A stretch of DNA of 64,000 nucleotides from an uncultured Caldisericales bacterium (GTDB taxonomy: Bacteria; Caldisericota; Caldisericia; Caldisericales; Caldisericaceae): positions 266,530 to 330,529 of the forward strand of contig CAZLBY010000002.1 of the NCBI GenBank assembly GCA_964558085.1, read 5' to 3'. Under the pieces are notes generated by a model that saw nothing but the letters and a program-made list of their open reading frames with translations, ran no database searches and was not told where the DNA came from. Below are positions 1 to 8,121 of this stretch, piece after piece (positions within the stretch are counted from its first letter, which is position 1; the number at the start of each line of letters is the position of its first letter). Position numbers and translations under genes: made by a program.

Positions 1-75
1 TCTGATGCTGATAAATTAGAAATTCAATGGTTTGTTGATGGCGTTATCGGAACAATACCTGAAGGCGGCTCTTAA
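1..75 (+). CDS. 3' end of a probable BMP-family ABC transporter substrate-binding lipoprotein (partial; the upstream part lies outside the window)
   Basis: The reading frame is open from base 1 to TAA at 73-75 (…DGVIGTIPEGGS*). It sits directly upstream of the ATPase and two permeases of a BMP/nucleoside-type ABC transporter. Only 24 aa are visible, so the family assignment rests on context alone. Confidence 0.35.
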   Translation, partial: SDADKLEIQWFVDGVIGTIPEGGS

Positions 76-101
76 TTTTTAAAATGAAGTAGTTTAAATT
101 T

Positions 102-121
102 CCCAGGGCAATTGCCCTGGG
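102..121 (+). terminator. Perfect palindromic hairpin (CCCAGGGC-AATT-GCCCTGGG) between the binding-protein gene and the ATPase gene; a possible intra-operon attenuator or terminator
   Basis: Direct reading gives an 8-bp GC-rich stem with a 4-nt loop, followed by AAATTT. Confidence 0.4.
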
Positions 122-149
122 AAATTTAATATTATGCATGGAGGAATAA

Positions 150-1667
150 ATGGACAAAATCATTGTTCAAACCAAGGATATAACAAAATATTTTCCTGGA
201 GTTCTTGCCAATGACCACATTGATTTTGAACTAAAAAAGGGAGAGATCCATACACTGCTAGGAGAAAATGGCGCAGGCAAAAGTACTTTAATGAATATTT
301 TGGATGGTATTTATCATCCGGATAAAGGCGAAATTTACATTAAGGGAAACAAAGTTCACATACAAAACCCATTCGATGCTATGACAAATAGCATTGGGAT
401 GATACATCAACATTTTATGCTTGTAGATACACTTACAGTTCTTGAAAATGTAGCATTAGGACTTAAATCTCAGGGTTTCTATATTAGGAAACCGGAAATT
501 GCAAGACAAATAAAACAAATATCCCAAAAATATCATTTCACTATTAATCCATATTCCAAAATATGGCAACTCTCCGTTGGCGAACAACAGCGCGTAGAGA
601 TTATAAAAACTCTGTTCAGAGGAGCTGAGATATTAATTCTTGATGAGCCCACAGCCGTCCTTACTCCCCAGGAATCTAACGATTTGTTTAAAATACTTAA
701 AGAATTAGTAAAAGAAGGTAAATCAATTATTTTCATCAGTCATAAATTAGATGAAGTCATGGAAATTTCAGATAGAATAACGGTTTTAAGAAAAGGAAAG
801 GTAGTTGGAACGGTAAACAAAAAGGACGTAACTCAAGGTCATCTGGCTAAAATGATGGTGGGAAGAGAGGTGCTGTTTAGCTTAAAAAGAAACCCATTAA
901 AAAGAAAAGGTAAGGTTCTGAAAGTAAAAGAACTTGAAGCATATAATGACAAAGGGGTTAAAGCTCTAAAAAAAATAAGTTTTACAGTTGCTGCCGGTGA
1001 AATTTTTGGCATAGCAGGTATTTCAGGTAACGGTCAAAAGATATTAGCCCAGGTCATCACCGGGTTAAGGCGAGCCACTAGTGGCAAAGTAATCCTGAAT
1101 GAAAAAGATATAACAAATGCTAGCCCAAAAGCTATTATAAGTAGTGGCGTAAATTATATTCCTCCGGATAGGCTCAAGGTCGGGCTTATTCCAAACCTTA
1201 ATACTGTAGAAAATGCCATCCTCAGATCCTATGATAGAGAGCCAATTTCAAAAAGAAATTTTATTGATTATGAAAAAGCAACAGGATACACCAAATCTCT
1301 CATTACAAAATTTAATATCATGGTCCCAAAAATAGATGCCCCGGTAAAACTTCTTTCAGGTGGAAATATGCAGAAGCTTCTTTTAGCACGAGAAATTGCT
1401 GAAAAGCCAAAACTACTTATTGCTGCTCATCCCACGCGAGGGCTAGATGTAGGAGCAACAGAATACATCAGAAAACAGTTACTCAAAGAACGCGATAATG
1501 GTTTAGCAGTGTTGTTAATTTCAGAAGACCTGGATGAGATACTCATGGTGTCAGACAGAATTGGAGTAATATATGAAGGACAAATGATGGATGTTATCAA
1601 CATCGAAGATGCTGAGAGAAATAAAATTGGATTACTTATGGCTGGAGTAGATTCCGCAAGAAACTAA
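150..1667 (+). CDS. ABC transporter ATP-binding protein with duplicated ATPase domains (BMP/nucleoside/sugar type)
   Basis: The 505-aa protein has two ATPase halves. It carries a Walker A motif GENGAGKST, the signature-like LSVGEQQRVEI, and a second-half LSGGNMQKLLLAREI. Two permease genes follow. Confidence 0.9.
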   Translation: MDKIIVQTKDITKYFPGVLANDHIDFELKKGEIHTLLGENGAGKSTLMNILDGIYHPDKGEIYIKGNKVHIQNPFDAMTNSIGMIHQHFMLVDTLTVLENVALGLKSQGFYIRKPEIARQIKQISQKYHFTINPYSKIWQLSVGEQQRVEIIKTLFRGAEILILDEPTAVLTPQESNDLFKILKELVKEGKSIIFISHKLDEVMEISDRITVLRKGKVVGTVNKKDVTQGHLAKMMVGREVLFSLKRNPLKRKGKVLKVKELEAYNDKGVKALKKISFTVAAGEIFGIAGISGNGQKILAQVITGLRRATSGKVILNEKDITNASPKAIISSGVNYIPPDRLKVGLIPNLNTVENAILRSYDREPISKRNFIDYEKATGYTKSLITKFNIMVPKIDAPVKLLSGGNMQKLLLAREIAEKPKLLIAAHPTRGLDVGATEYIRKQLLKERDNGLAVLLISEDLDEILMVSDRIGVIYEGQMMDVINIEDAERNKIGLLMAGVDSARN

Positions 1668-1686
1668 TTATGAAAGGATGTAAAAA

Positions 1687-2754
1687 ATGTTGCTGTTTGA
1701 AAAACGAGAAAATGTTTCTACGAAATTAAAGATAGCCATTCCGCTAATATCTGTATTTTTAGGTTTAGTGGCAGGAGGTATTGCAATCCTTTTTACGCGA
1801 ACTAACCCACTTACAGTATATCGGGCACTGGTCAAAGGCGGATTTGGCAGCGTTTATACGTTCTCAGAAACACTCGTAGTTGCCATTCCTCTAATCTTAA
1901 TCTCAGCGGGATTAATAGTCGCATTCAAGATGAACTTTTGGAATATCGGAGCATACGGTCAATACATTATGGGAGCCATTTTCGGATCATTTTTCGCTCT
2001 CACTATGCCTGCTACAATGCCAAGGCCACTACTTCTTGCTATTATGTGTCTTGCTGGCATTTTGGGAGGAGCTCTTTGGGGATTGATACCCGCTATGTTA
2101 AAGGCCTTCTGGGAAGTAAACGAAGTTATTTCTACATTGCTTTTAAATTATATCGCACTCTACATATTGAAATATTTGATGTATGGTCCATGGAGAAACC
2201 CGGCAAGTCACGGCTTCCCACTATCAAAACCATTTGAATTAAATGCCCAACTCCCACGATTATTGGTGCACACGAGAGTCCATCTTGGCCTTGTTTTTGG
2301 TATTATTGCTGTAATTATTGTCTATATTCTTATTACAAAAACTAAATTTGGATATGAAATACGGGTAATAGGCGAGAATAAAAGAGCAGCAAGATATGGA
2401 GGAATCAACATCACAAAAAACATTTTCATAGCGATGGCTATAAGCGGAGGCTTAGCCGGACTCGCTGGCCTGGCACAATTATCCGGCGTTATACATATGC
2501 TGCAGATAGAGATTAACCCTGGATATGGGTACACTGCCATCATAGTTGCCTGGCTTTCTTCGTTAAACCCAATTATAGCAATGTTTGTATCGGTCATTTT
2601 TGGTGGCCTGGAAGCTGGTGGGTATCAGATACAAATGGCTATACAAGTCCCATTTGGCATTGTAGGCACTATAGAAAGTGCCGTTTTATTCTTCTTGCTA
2701 GGCGGTGAAATATTGAAGAGATACCGAATAAGACTCAGGAGGAATACATCATGA
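1687..2754 (+). CDS. ABC transporter permease (BMP-family system, first permease)
   Basis: The 355-aa protein is polytopic and hydrophobic. It is translationally coupled to the next permease through an ATGA overlap at 2751-2754. Confidence 0.85.
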   Translation: MLLFEKRENVSTKLKIAIPLISVFLGLVAGGIAILFTRTNPLTVYRALVKGGFGSVYTFSETLVVAIPLILISAGLIVAFKMNFWNIGAYGQYIMGAIFGSFFALTMPATMPRPLLLAIMCLAGILGGALWGLIPAMLKAFWEVNEVISTLLLNYIALYILKYLMYGPWRNPASHGFPLSKPFELNAQLPRLLVHTRVHLGLVFGIIAVIIVYILITKTKFGYEIRVIGENKRAARYGGINITKNIFIAMAISGGLAGLAGLAQLSGVIHMLQIEINPGYGYTAIIVAWLSSLNPIIAMFVSVIFGGLEAGGYQIQMAIQVPFGIVGTIESAVLFFLLGGEILKRYRIRLRRNTS

Positions 2755-3692
2755 AATTAACGGCTACTACAATTCTAATAACACTACTCGCCACCACGGT
2801 ACGTTCAGGCACCATACTTTTGTTCCCCACTATTGGCGAAATATTTGCTGAAAGATCCGGAATACTAAACCTTGGCATAGAAGGAATGATGATTATTGGT
2901 GCATTTTTCGGTTTTGTTGTAGCATATATAACAAAAAATCCATACCTTGGGTTTGTCGTCGGAATGCTTGCAGGAGGTGTTGCAGCACTCATTCATGCCT
3001 TTATATCGATAACACTCAGAGGAAACCAGGTAGTAAGCGGACTGGCTTTAACAATTTTTGGATTAGGTATCACCAGTTTTTATGGCCAGAGATGGATAAA
3101 TAATAAACTGCCAGAAAGCATCCCTACTGTCATAATACCAGGACTTTCTAAAATACCATTTATAGGCACAGTATTTTTTAGGCAAGATTATATTGTATAT
3201 TTTTCTTATATTCTTGTACTTGCCCTGTGGTTTATACTTTACAAAACAAAACCAGGGGTACATCTACGAGCAGCCGGGCAAAATGCAAGAGCTGCTGATG
3301 CAATGGGAGTAAATGTAAATGCTACTCGTTATTTTTGGACATTCTTTGGTGGACTTATGGCGGGCGCTGGCGGGGCATACCTGACAGTAGCGTATGCACC
3401 TTTCTGGTTAGAGGGAATTACAGCAGGCAGAGGATGGATTGCAGTTGCACTTGTTATCTTTGCTATGTGGAACCCCGTTAACGCGCTTCTTGGTGCCTAT
3501 TTATTTGGAGGGATAACTGCTTTGCAATTCCAACTTCAAGCATCCGGCACTACAATACCTTCCTCTCTCCTCAGCATGCAGCCATATCTTCTTACTTTTA
3601 TCATAGTTATTGTTGCAACACTCATTGTGCGTGCCAGACATATTGGAGCACCTAAAGAATTAGGAACGCCATACGCAAGAGAGGAGAAATAA
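2751..3692 (+). CDS. ABC transporter permease (second permease)
   Basis: The 313-aa hydrophobic protein is paralogous in character to the preceding permease. Confidence 0.85.
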   Translation: MKLTATTILITLLATTVRSGTILLFPTIGEIFAERSGILNLGIEGMMIIGAFFGFVVAYITKNPYLGFVVGMLAGGVAALIHAFISITLRGNQVVSGLALTIFGLGITSFYGQRWINNKLPESIPTVIIPGLSKIPFIGTVFFRQDYIVYFSYILVLALWFILYKTKPGVHLRAAGQNARAADAMGVNVNATRYFWTFFGGLMAGAGGAYLTVAYAPFWLEGITAGRGWIAVALVIFAMWNPVNALLGAYLFGGITALQFQLQASGTTIPSSLLSMQPYLLTFIIVIVATLIVRARHIGAPKELGTPYAREEK

Positions 3693-3694
3693 GC

Positions 3695-4927
3695 ATGAGC
3701 TACATTAAAAAATTAAAATGTTTACTATGTGGAGCAGAATACAACCCCGAAGAGGTAAAATATACCTGTCCTAAATGCGGAGACGAAGGCATTCTTGAGA
3801 TAATATATGACTACAAAGAGATAAAAAAACATTTTACAAAGGAATCTCTTACAGATAGTAGGGACTATTCAATGTGGAGATATTTGCCTCTTTTGCCTGT
3901 AGATGACCCATCTAAAATTGGACCTCTAAAAGTAGGATGGACACCTCTTTATTCGGCTAAAAGGATAAGAAAAGATCTTGATATGCAATATCTCTGGATT
4001 AAAGATGACGGAAGAAACCCTACCGCGTCTTTAAAAGACAGAGCATCAGCCATTGCTATTGTTAAAGCACAAGAACTTGGAGAAAAGATTATAACCTGTG
4101 CTTCCACAGGAAATGCAGCGTCATCCCTTGCAGGTGCTTCTGCTTCTGTGGGATTGAAAAATTATATATTTGTGCCTAAAACAGCCCCAAAGGCAAAAAT
4201 TGCTCAGCTTCTCGTATTTGGAGCTACTGTATTTGCAGTAAATGGTACTTACGATGAAGCATTTGAATTATCTATAGAAGCAACAAAAGAATTTGGCTGG
4301 TACAACAGAAATACCGCATTTAACCCATATATGGTAGAAGGGAAAAAAACAGTAGCGCTGGAGATCATCGAACAGATGAATTTTGAAGTTCCTGATTATG
4401 TGTTTGTATCAGTCGGTGATGGGTGTATTATATCTGGCGTCGCAAAAGGTTACACCGACATGTATAACTTAGGTTTTATTGATCGCCTCCCAAAACTTGT
4501 CGCAGTACAAGCCGAAGGATGCCAGCCTATCGTAGATGCTGTAAATGGTGATGGCACAGTAAAATTTGTGGAACCTAACACACTAGCAGACAGCATCGCA
4601 GTAGGCGTGCCTAGAAATAGAGTAATGGCCATCAGGGATATTGAAAATTCAGAGGGATTTGGTATTGCGGTCAGTGACGACGAAATAATAGAAGCTATCA
4701 AATACCTTGGTTCAACAGAGGGCATTTTTGCAGAACCTGCTGGATCCACCGCATTTGCTGGAGCACTGAAGGCTCTAAAAAATGGTAAAATATCAAAAGA
4801 TGATAAAGTTGTAATAATTGTCACGGGAAATGGACTTAAAGATGTCGAAAGTGCAATAAAAGCGGGAGGAAAACCTCTCGTAATAAATCCTGATATTGAG
4901 TCCATAAAAAAAGCTTTAAACAAATGA
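3695..4927 (+). CDS. thrC: Threonine synthase-family PLP enzyme with an N-terminal zinc ribbon
   Basis: The sequence RNPTASLKDRAS is a PLP-lysine motif of fold-type II enzymes. The N-terminal C-x2-C…C-x2-C ribbon is typical of archaeal/thermophile-type ThrC. Its start lies 2 nt after the permease stop. Confidence 0.65.
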   Translation: MSYIKKLKCLLCGAEYNPEEVKYTCPKCGDEGILEIIYDYKEIKKHFTKESLTDSRDYSMWRYLPLLPVDDPSKIGPLKVGWTPLYSAKRIRKDLDMQYLWIKDDGRNPTASLKDRASAIAIVKAQELGEKIITCASTGNAASSLAGASASVGLKNYIFVPKTAPKAKIAQLLVFGATVFAVNGTYDEAFELSIEATKEFGWYNRNTAFNPYMVEGKKTVALEIIEQMNFEVPDYVFVSVGDGCIISGVAKGYTDMYNLGFIDRLPKLVAVQAEGCQPIVDAVNGDGTVKFVEPNTLADSIAVGVPRNRVMAIRDIENSEGFGIAVSDDEIIEAIKYLGSTEGIFAEPAGSTAFAGALKALKNGKISKDDKVVIIVTGNGLKDVESAIKAGGKPLVINPDIESIKKALNK

Positions 4928-5057
4928 CTTCGGAAGAAAAATTAGAAGTAGCAGAACTACCAAAACAGCTTATTGATATATAAAGCAGTCGACAATCTCG
5001 CTACATTTTTAATGGAATACTAAGTTTGTTTTCTGTATTAATTGAATAAAAAAATCT

Positions 5058-5309
5058 TTACTCTGTTGGAGAAATGCCTATAACTCTTTCTCTGTTAACT
5101 AATATAAAATCAACTTTTCGGACTTCCATTGTTCCATTTGTCGGTTGAATTTCTGCGTCGGTTATTGCTAAAAAAGATCGATCTTTCATAAATTTATTTA
5201 GTGCATCAGAAAACCTCATGTTTGTTGGAACATTTATTATCCCTTTTATGACAAATGATTGAGTGAGAATTAAAACATGCATCTTCACAGTATTTAATCC
5301 TAATGCCAT
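5058..5309 (-). CDS. Small hypothetical protein (83 aa)
   Basis: It is the only long ORF in this interval. No confident family was recognised from the sequence. It lies downstream of the rpsU terminator. Confidence 0.4.
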   Translation of the reverse strand: MALGLNTVKMHVLILTQSFVIKGIINVPTNMRFSDALNKFMKDRSFLAITDAEIQPTNGTMEVRKVDFILVNRERVIGISPTE

Positions 5310-5413
5310 TTGAGATACCTCCTCGTTTTGCTAAAAAACTTACGCAACTCCTTTAATAAATTTTCCTCTCTCAAAAACTTATATTTCTAAGTTTGCAGCC
5401 ATTAAATAAAAAA

Positions 5414-5447
5414 TAAAGCAGGGTTAATCCTGCTTTATTTTTTATAA
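5414..5447 (-). terminator. Rho-independent terminator for rpsU, symmetric and therefore bidirectional
   Basis: The hairpin AAAGCAGG-GTTAAT-CCTGCTTT is flanked by an A-run upstream and a T-run downstream. It lies immediately 3' of the rpsU stop on the minus strand. Confidence 0.6.
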
Positions 5448-5609
5448 CTACTTTTTCTTTGCGTCTTTTTGTTTTCTTTTTACACTAGGTGGCACAAAAA
5501 ATCGCCTCTTCTTTAACTCAGAGTACAATCCTTCTTTAATACATTCCCTTTTAAATCTTCTTAAAAGATCTTCAATAGATTCATTTCCTCTTTTTCTTAC
5601 GTTTGCCAC
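5448..5609 (-). CDS. rpsU: 30S ribosomal protein S21; absent from the ORF track because it is shorter than 60 aa
   Basis: I translated the minus strand by hand: GTG-start MANVRKRGNESIEDLLRRFKRECIKEGLYSELKKRRFFVPPSVKRKQKDAKKK* (53 aa). It carries the S21 hallmarks ALRRFKR, C.K.G, RRR.F.KPS.KRK. A GGAG lies 7 nt upstream of the GTG. Confidence 0.75.
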   Translation of the reverse strand: MANVRKRGNESIEDLLRRFKRECIKEGLYSELKKRRFFVPPSVKRKQKDAKKK

Positions 5610-5676
5610 AATGTCACTCCGACTCCCATAGAAGCCCGAACTTCGCCTCCCTTCACCTTTAACTTTTTATTTTATT

Positions 5677-5704
5677 AGTTTATAGATTTATTGTTATGTG
5701 TCAA
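5677..5704 (-). promoter_or_regulatory. Putative sigma-A promoter for rpsU: TTGACA, 16-nt spacer, TAAACT
   Basis: On the minus strand, TTGACA is the complement of 5699-5704 and TAAACT is the complement of 5677-5682. The pair sits about 70 nt upstream of the rpsU start. Confidence 0.35.
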
Positions 5705-5780
5705 GGGCACGAATTGCCTCATCAAAAATCTATACGAAATAGTATCGTCAGTTCATTAAAATCTATATGAAAATTTTTTC

Positions 5781-5844
5781 TTGACCTAATCGAGAAAAAC
5801 TGTAAACTTTGCTTGACCTAATCGAGAAAAACTGTAAACTTTGC
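5781..5844 (+). repeat. Perfect 32-bp tandem duplication (2 copies) immediately upstream of deoC: TTGACCTAATCGAGAAAAACTGTAAACTTTGC
   Basis: Copy 1 is 5781-5812 and copy 2 is 5813-5844, and they are identical. Each copy carries a -35-like TTGACC and, 16 nt later, a -10-like TAAACT with TG at -15/-14. The second copy ends 2 nt before the deoC GGAGG ribosome-binding site. Confidence 0.9.
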
Positions 5845-5858
5845 TGGAGGTGATAAAA

Positions 5859-6533
5859 ATGTTTTATATTCCAGTAGATAAACAAATGACAAAAAATGAT
5901 ATAGCAAAAATTATTGACCACACTCAATTAAAGGCAGAAACTACTTGTAACGGCATTATTCGCCTTTGCAATGAAGCAAAAAAATATTCTTTGGGTGCCG
6001 TATGTGTAAATTCAGGATATGTTGCTCTTGCAAAAAGTCAATTAACGGGAACTTCGGTAAAAATTGCATCAGTAGTAGGATTTCCTTTGGGGGCCATGGA
6101 TGGCATCACAAAAGCTTTTGAAGCAGAGAGAGCGATTACATTAGGGGCTAATGAGATAGATATGGTAATGAACATAGGAGAGTTTAAATCTGAAAATTAT
6201 AAAAAAGTAGAAGAAGACATAAAATATGTTGTAAAAGCTGTAAGTCCCGCCATCGTAAAAGTCATCATAGAAACAGTTTTGCTCACTGCAAAAGAAAAAC
6301 CAATTGCATGTTCAATAGCAGTAGCAGCAGGAGCTAAATATGTAAAAACATCCACAGGTTTTAGCAAAGGTGGAGCCACGGTTGAAGATGTAAAACTAAT
6401 GCGCATGACGGTTGGAAAAAATATAGGCGTAAAAGCAGCTGGGGGAATTCATGATTTTGAAACAGCAGTCAAAATGGTCCAGGCAGGTGCTTCCAGAATT
6501 GGTGCAAGTAAAAGTGTCGAGATAGTAAGTTAA
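5859..6533 (+). CDS. deoC: Deoxyribose-phosphate aldolase
   Basis: The protein shows the DeoC/LacD aldolase-barrel motifs VVGFPLG, DMVMNIG and VKTSTGF. GGAGG lies 8 nt before the ATG at 5859, which I prefer to the ORF-track TTG at 5841. Confidence 0.85.
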   Translation: MFYIPVDKQMTKNDIAKIIDHTQLKAETTCNGIIRLCNEAKKYSLGAVCVNSGYVALAKSQLTGTSVKIASVVGFPLGAMDGITKAFEAERAITLGANEIDMVMNIGEFKSENYKKVEEDIKYVVKAVSPAIVKVIIETVLLTAKEKPIACSIAVAAGAKYVKTSTGFSKGGATVEDVKLMRMTVGKNIGVKAAGGIHDFETAVKMVQAGASRIGASKSVEIVS

Positions 6534-7234
6534 TGGGATACCTCTCAGTTAAAGGTATTACAATATCTTCCTACCCACATAAAGAAAAGGATAGAGCTGT
6601 TATACTTTTTTCTGATGAATTAGGGAAAATTAAAGCAAATATGCGCTCCGTGAGGTCCGGTAGTTCCAAAAGATCCGGTCTTTCAGATGAATTTCTCTAT
6701 GAAAAAATTCTCCTTTACCAGAAAAACAATTGGTTTACCGTAACAGATGTAACCCTCCTAGATGCATTTGTTAAAGCCAAAAGTAATATTGATAACTACA
6801 AAGTATTTTCATATATAAGAGAACTCGTTATATTGCTAACACCATTTGAACAACCAGATACTCAAATATTTGATTTAATCTTAGATACTATTAAAATGCT
6901 TGAATTAATAGATGCCCCGGATACGATACTGGCTTCTTTTATTTTGCATTTTTTAAAATATATTGGCTTTCCAGTAAAAATGCCTGAGGAAACAAGAGAT
7001 ACCTATTACTTTCTCCCGGAGTCAGAAGGATTTAATAATTTTAAAGGCGTAACCGTAGAGCAAGAAACAGTTAAAGAAATTATTTTTCTCTCCGACACCC
7101 CCATAAAAAATATTACTCCGGTAGATAACACAAAAATAATTTTACAATTACTAAACAATTTTATTATATATCATGCGGATTCAAATCATTTTAATAAATT
7201 CCTTGAAACAATGGAAAAACTCAGTAATATATAA
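6533..7234 (+). CDS. recO: DNA repair protein RecO
   Basis: The 233-aa protein has an N-terminal OB-fold-like region. Its position between deoC and glyQ matches Firmicutes synteny (recO-glyQ-glyS). Confidence 0.6.
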   Translation: MGYLSVKGITISSYPHKEKDRAVILFSDELGKIKANMRSVRSGSSKRSGLSDEFLYEKILLYQKNNWFTVTDVTLLDAFVKAKSNIDNYKVFSYIRELVILLTPFEQPDTQIFDLILDTIKMLELIDAPDTILASFILHFLKYIGFPVKMPEETRDTYYFLPESEGFNNFKGVTVEQETVKEIIFLSDTPIKNITPVDNTKIILQLLNNFIIYHADSNHFNKFLETMEKLSNI

Positions 7235-7257
7235 TAAATTTTAACTAGAGGTGATTT

Positions 7258-8121
7258 ATGAATTTTCAAGAAATGATTTTTAAATTAGAAATGTTTTGGA
7301 AAAAACAAGGATGTATACTCTTGCTTCCCTTTGACGAACAAATAGGAGCAGGGACACTAAGTCCTTACACATACTTAAGAGTATTAGGAAAAAAACCATG
7401 GGCAACTGTATATTTACAACCCTCCAGAAGACCTGCAGATGGAAGGTACGGAGAAAATCCCAATAGATTATATATGCATCATCAAATGCAAGTCATCATG
7501 AAGCCTCCGCCAAAAGATATCCAGGAAATATATCTCAATAGCCTGAGGTCGCTAGGGCTCAAACTTGTTCGTCATGAAATTAAATTTATTGAAGATAACT
7601 GGGAAACAGCAGTACTGGGTGCACAAGGCATTGGCTGGGAAGTAAGGCTTGATGGGCTAGAAATTACGCAATTTACGTATTTTCAGCAAGCAGCCGGTAT
7701 TGATCTTGATCCGGTCTCAGTAGAAATAACATATGGTTTAGAAAGACTTGCAATGTTTATTCAAAAAAAAGACAATGTGTTTGATATCCAATGGAATGAT
7801 GATTATACATACGGCGACTTAAGAAAAGATATGGAGCGTGAAGAATGTGTTTATGCCTTTGAAACAAGCGACCCGGACAAACTCTTTAACCTCCTTAATA
7901 TATATGAAGAAGAGGGAGTAAACAATCTAAAAAAAGGAATTCTTTACCCCGGATATCAATATCTGTTAAAATGTTCCCACATCTTCAATTTGTTAGATGC
8001 AAGGGGCGCCATAAGCATATCTGAGAGGGTACAAATTATTTCACGCATACGAAAAATGGCAAATCTTACCGCAAACATTGTGCTGCGTAAGGAGGAAAAT
8101 AATGAAGGATTATCTGCTTGA
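7258..8121 (+). CDS. glyQ: Glycine--tRNA ligase alpha subunit
   Basis: The 287-aa protein has a clear GlyQ N-terminus (MNFQEMIFKLEMFWKKQGC…) and conserved core. Confidence 0.9.
   Translation: MNFQEMIFKLEMFWKKQGCILLLPFDEQIGAGTLSPYTYLRVLGKKPWATVYLQPSRRPADGRYGENPNRLYMHHQMQVIMKPPPKDIQEIYLNSLRSLGLKLVRHEIKFIEDNWETAVLGAQGIGWEVRLDGLEITQFTYFQQAAGIDLDPVSVEITYGLERLAMFIQKKDNVFDIQWNDDYTYGDLRKDMEREECVYAFETSDPDKLFNLLNIYEEEGVNNLKKGILYPGYQYLLKCSHIFNLLDARGAISISERVQIISRIRKMANLTANIVLRKEENNEGLSA

Noticed and set aside
533-736. Numerous 60-190-aa ORFs on the opposite strand or in alternative frames inside large genes (for example 533..736, 1938..2237, 9211..9792, 20151..20696, 51138..51665)
   Set aside because: They lie wholly within strongly supported genes. 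They have low-complexity or odd composition and lack ribosome-binding sites. They are typical shadow ORFs of an AT-rich genome.
5841-5858. TTG start for deoC at 5841
   Set aside because: It would place the GGAGG ribosome-binding site inside the coding region. The ATG at 5859 has ideal 8-nt spacing from GGAGG.
8078-8101. ORF-track start of glyS at 8078 (MCCVRRKIMKDY…)
   Set aside because: The conserved GlyS N-terminus begins at MKDYLLEIY, with AGGAGG positioned before the ATG at 8102. The upstream extension has no ribosome-binding site.
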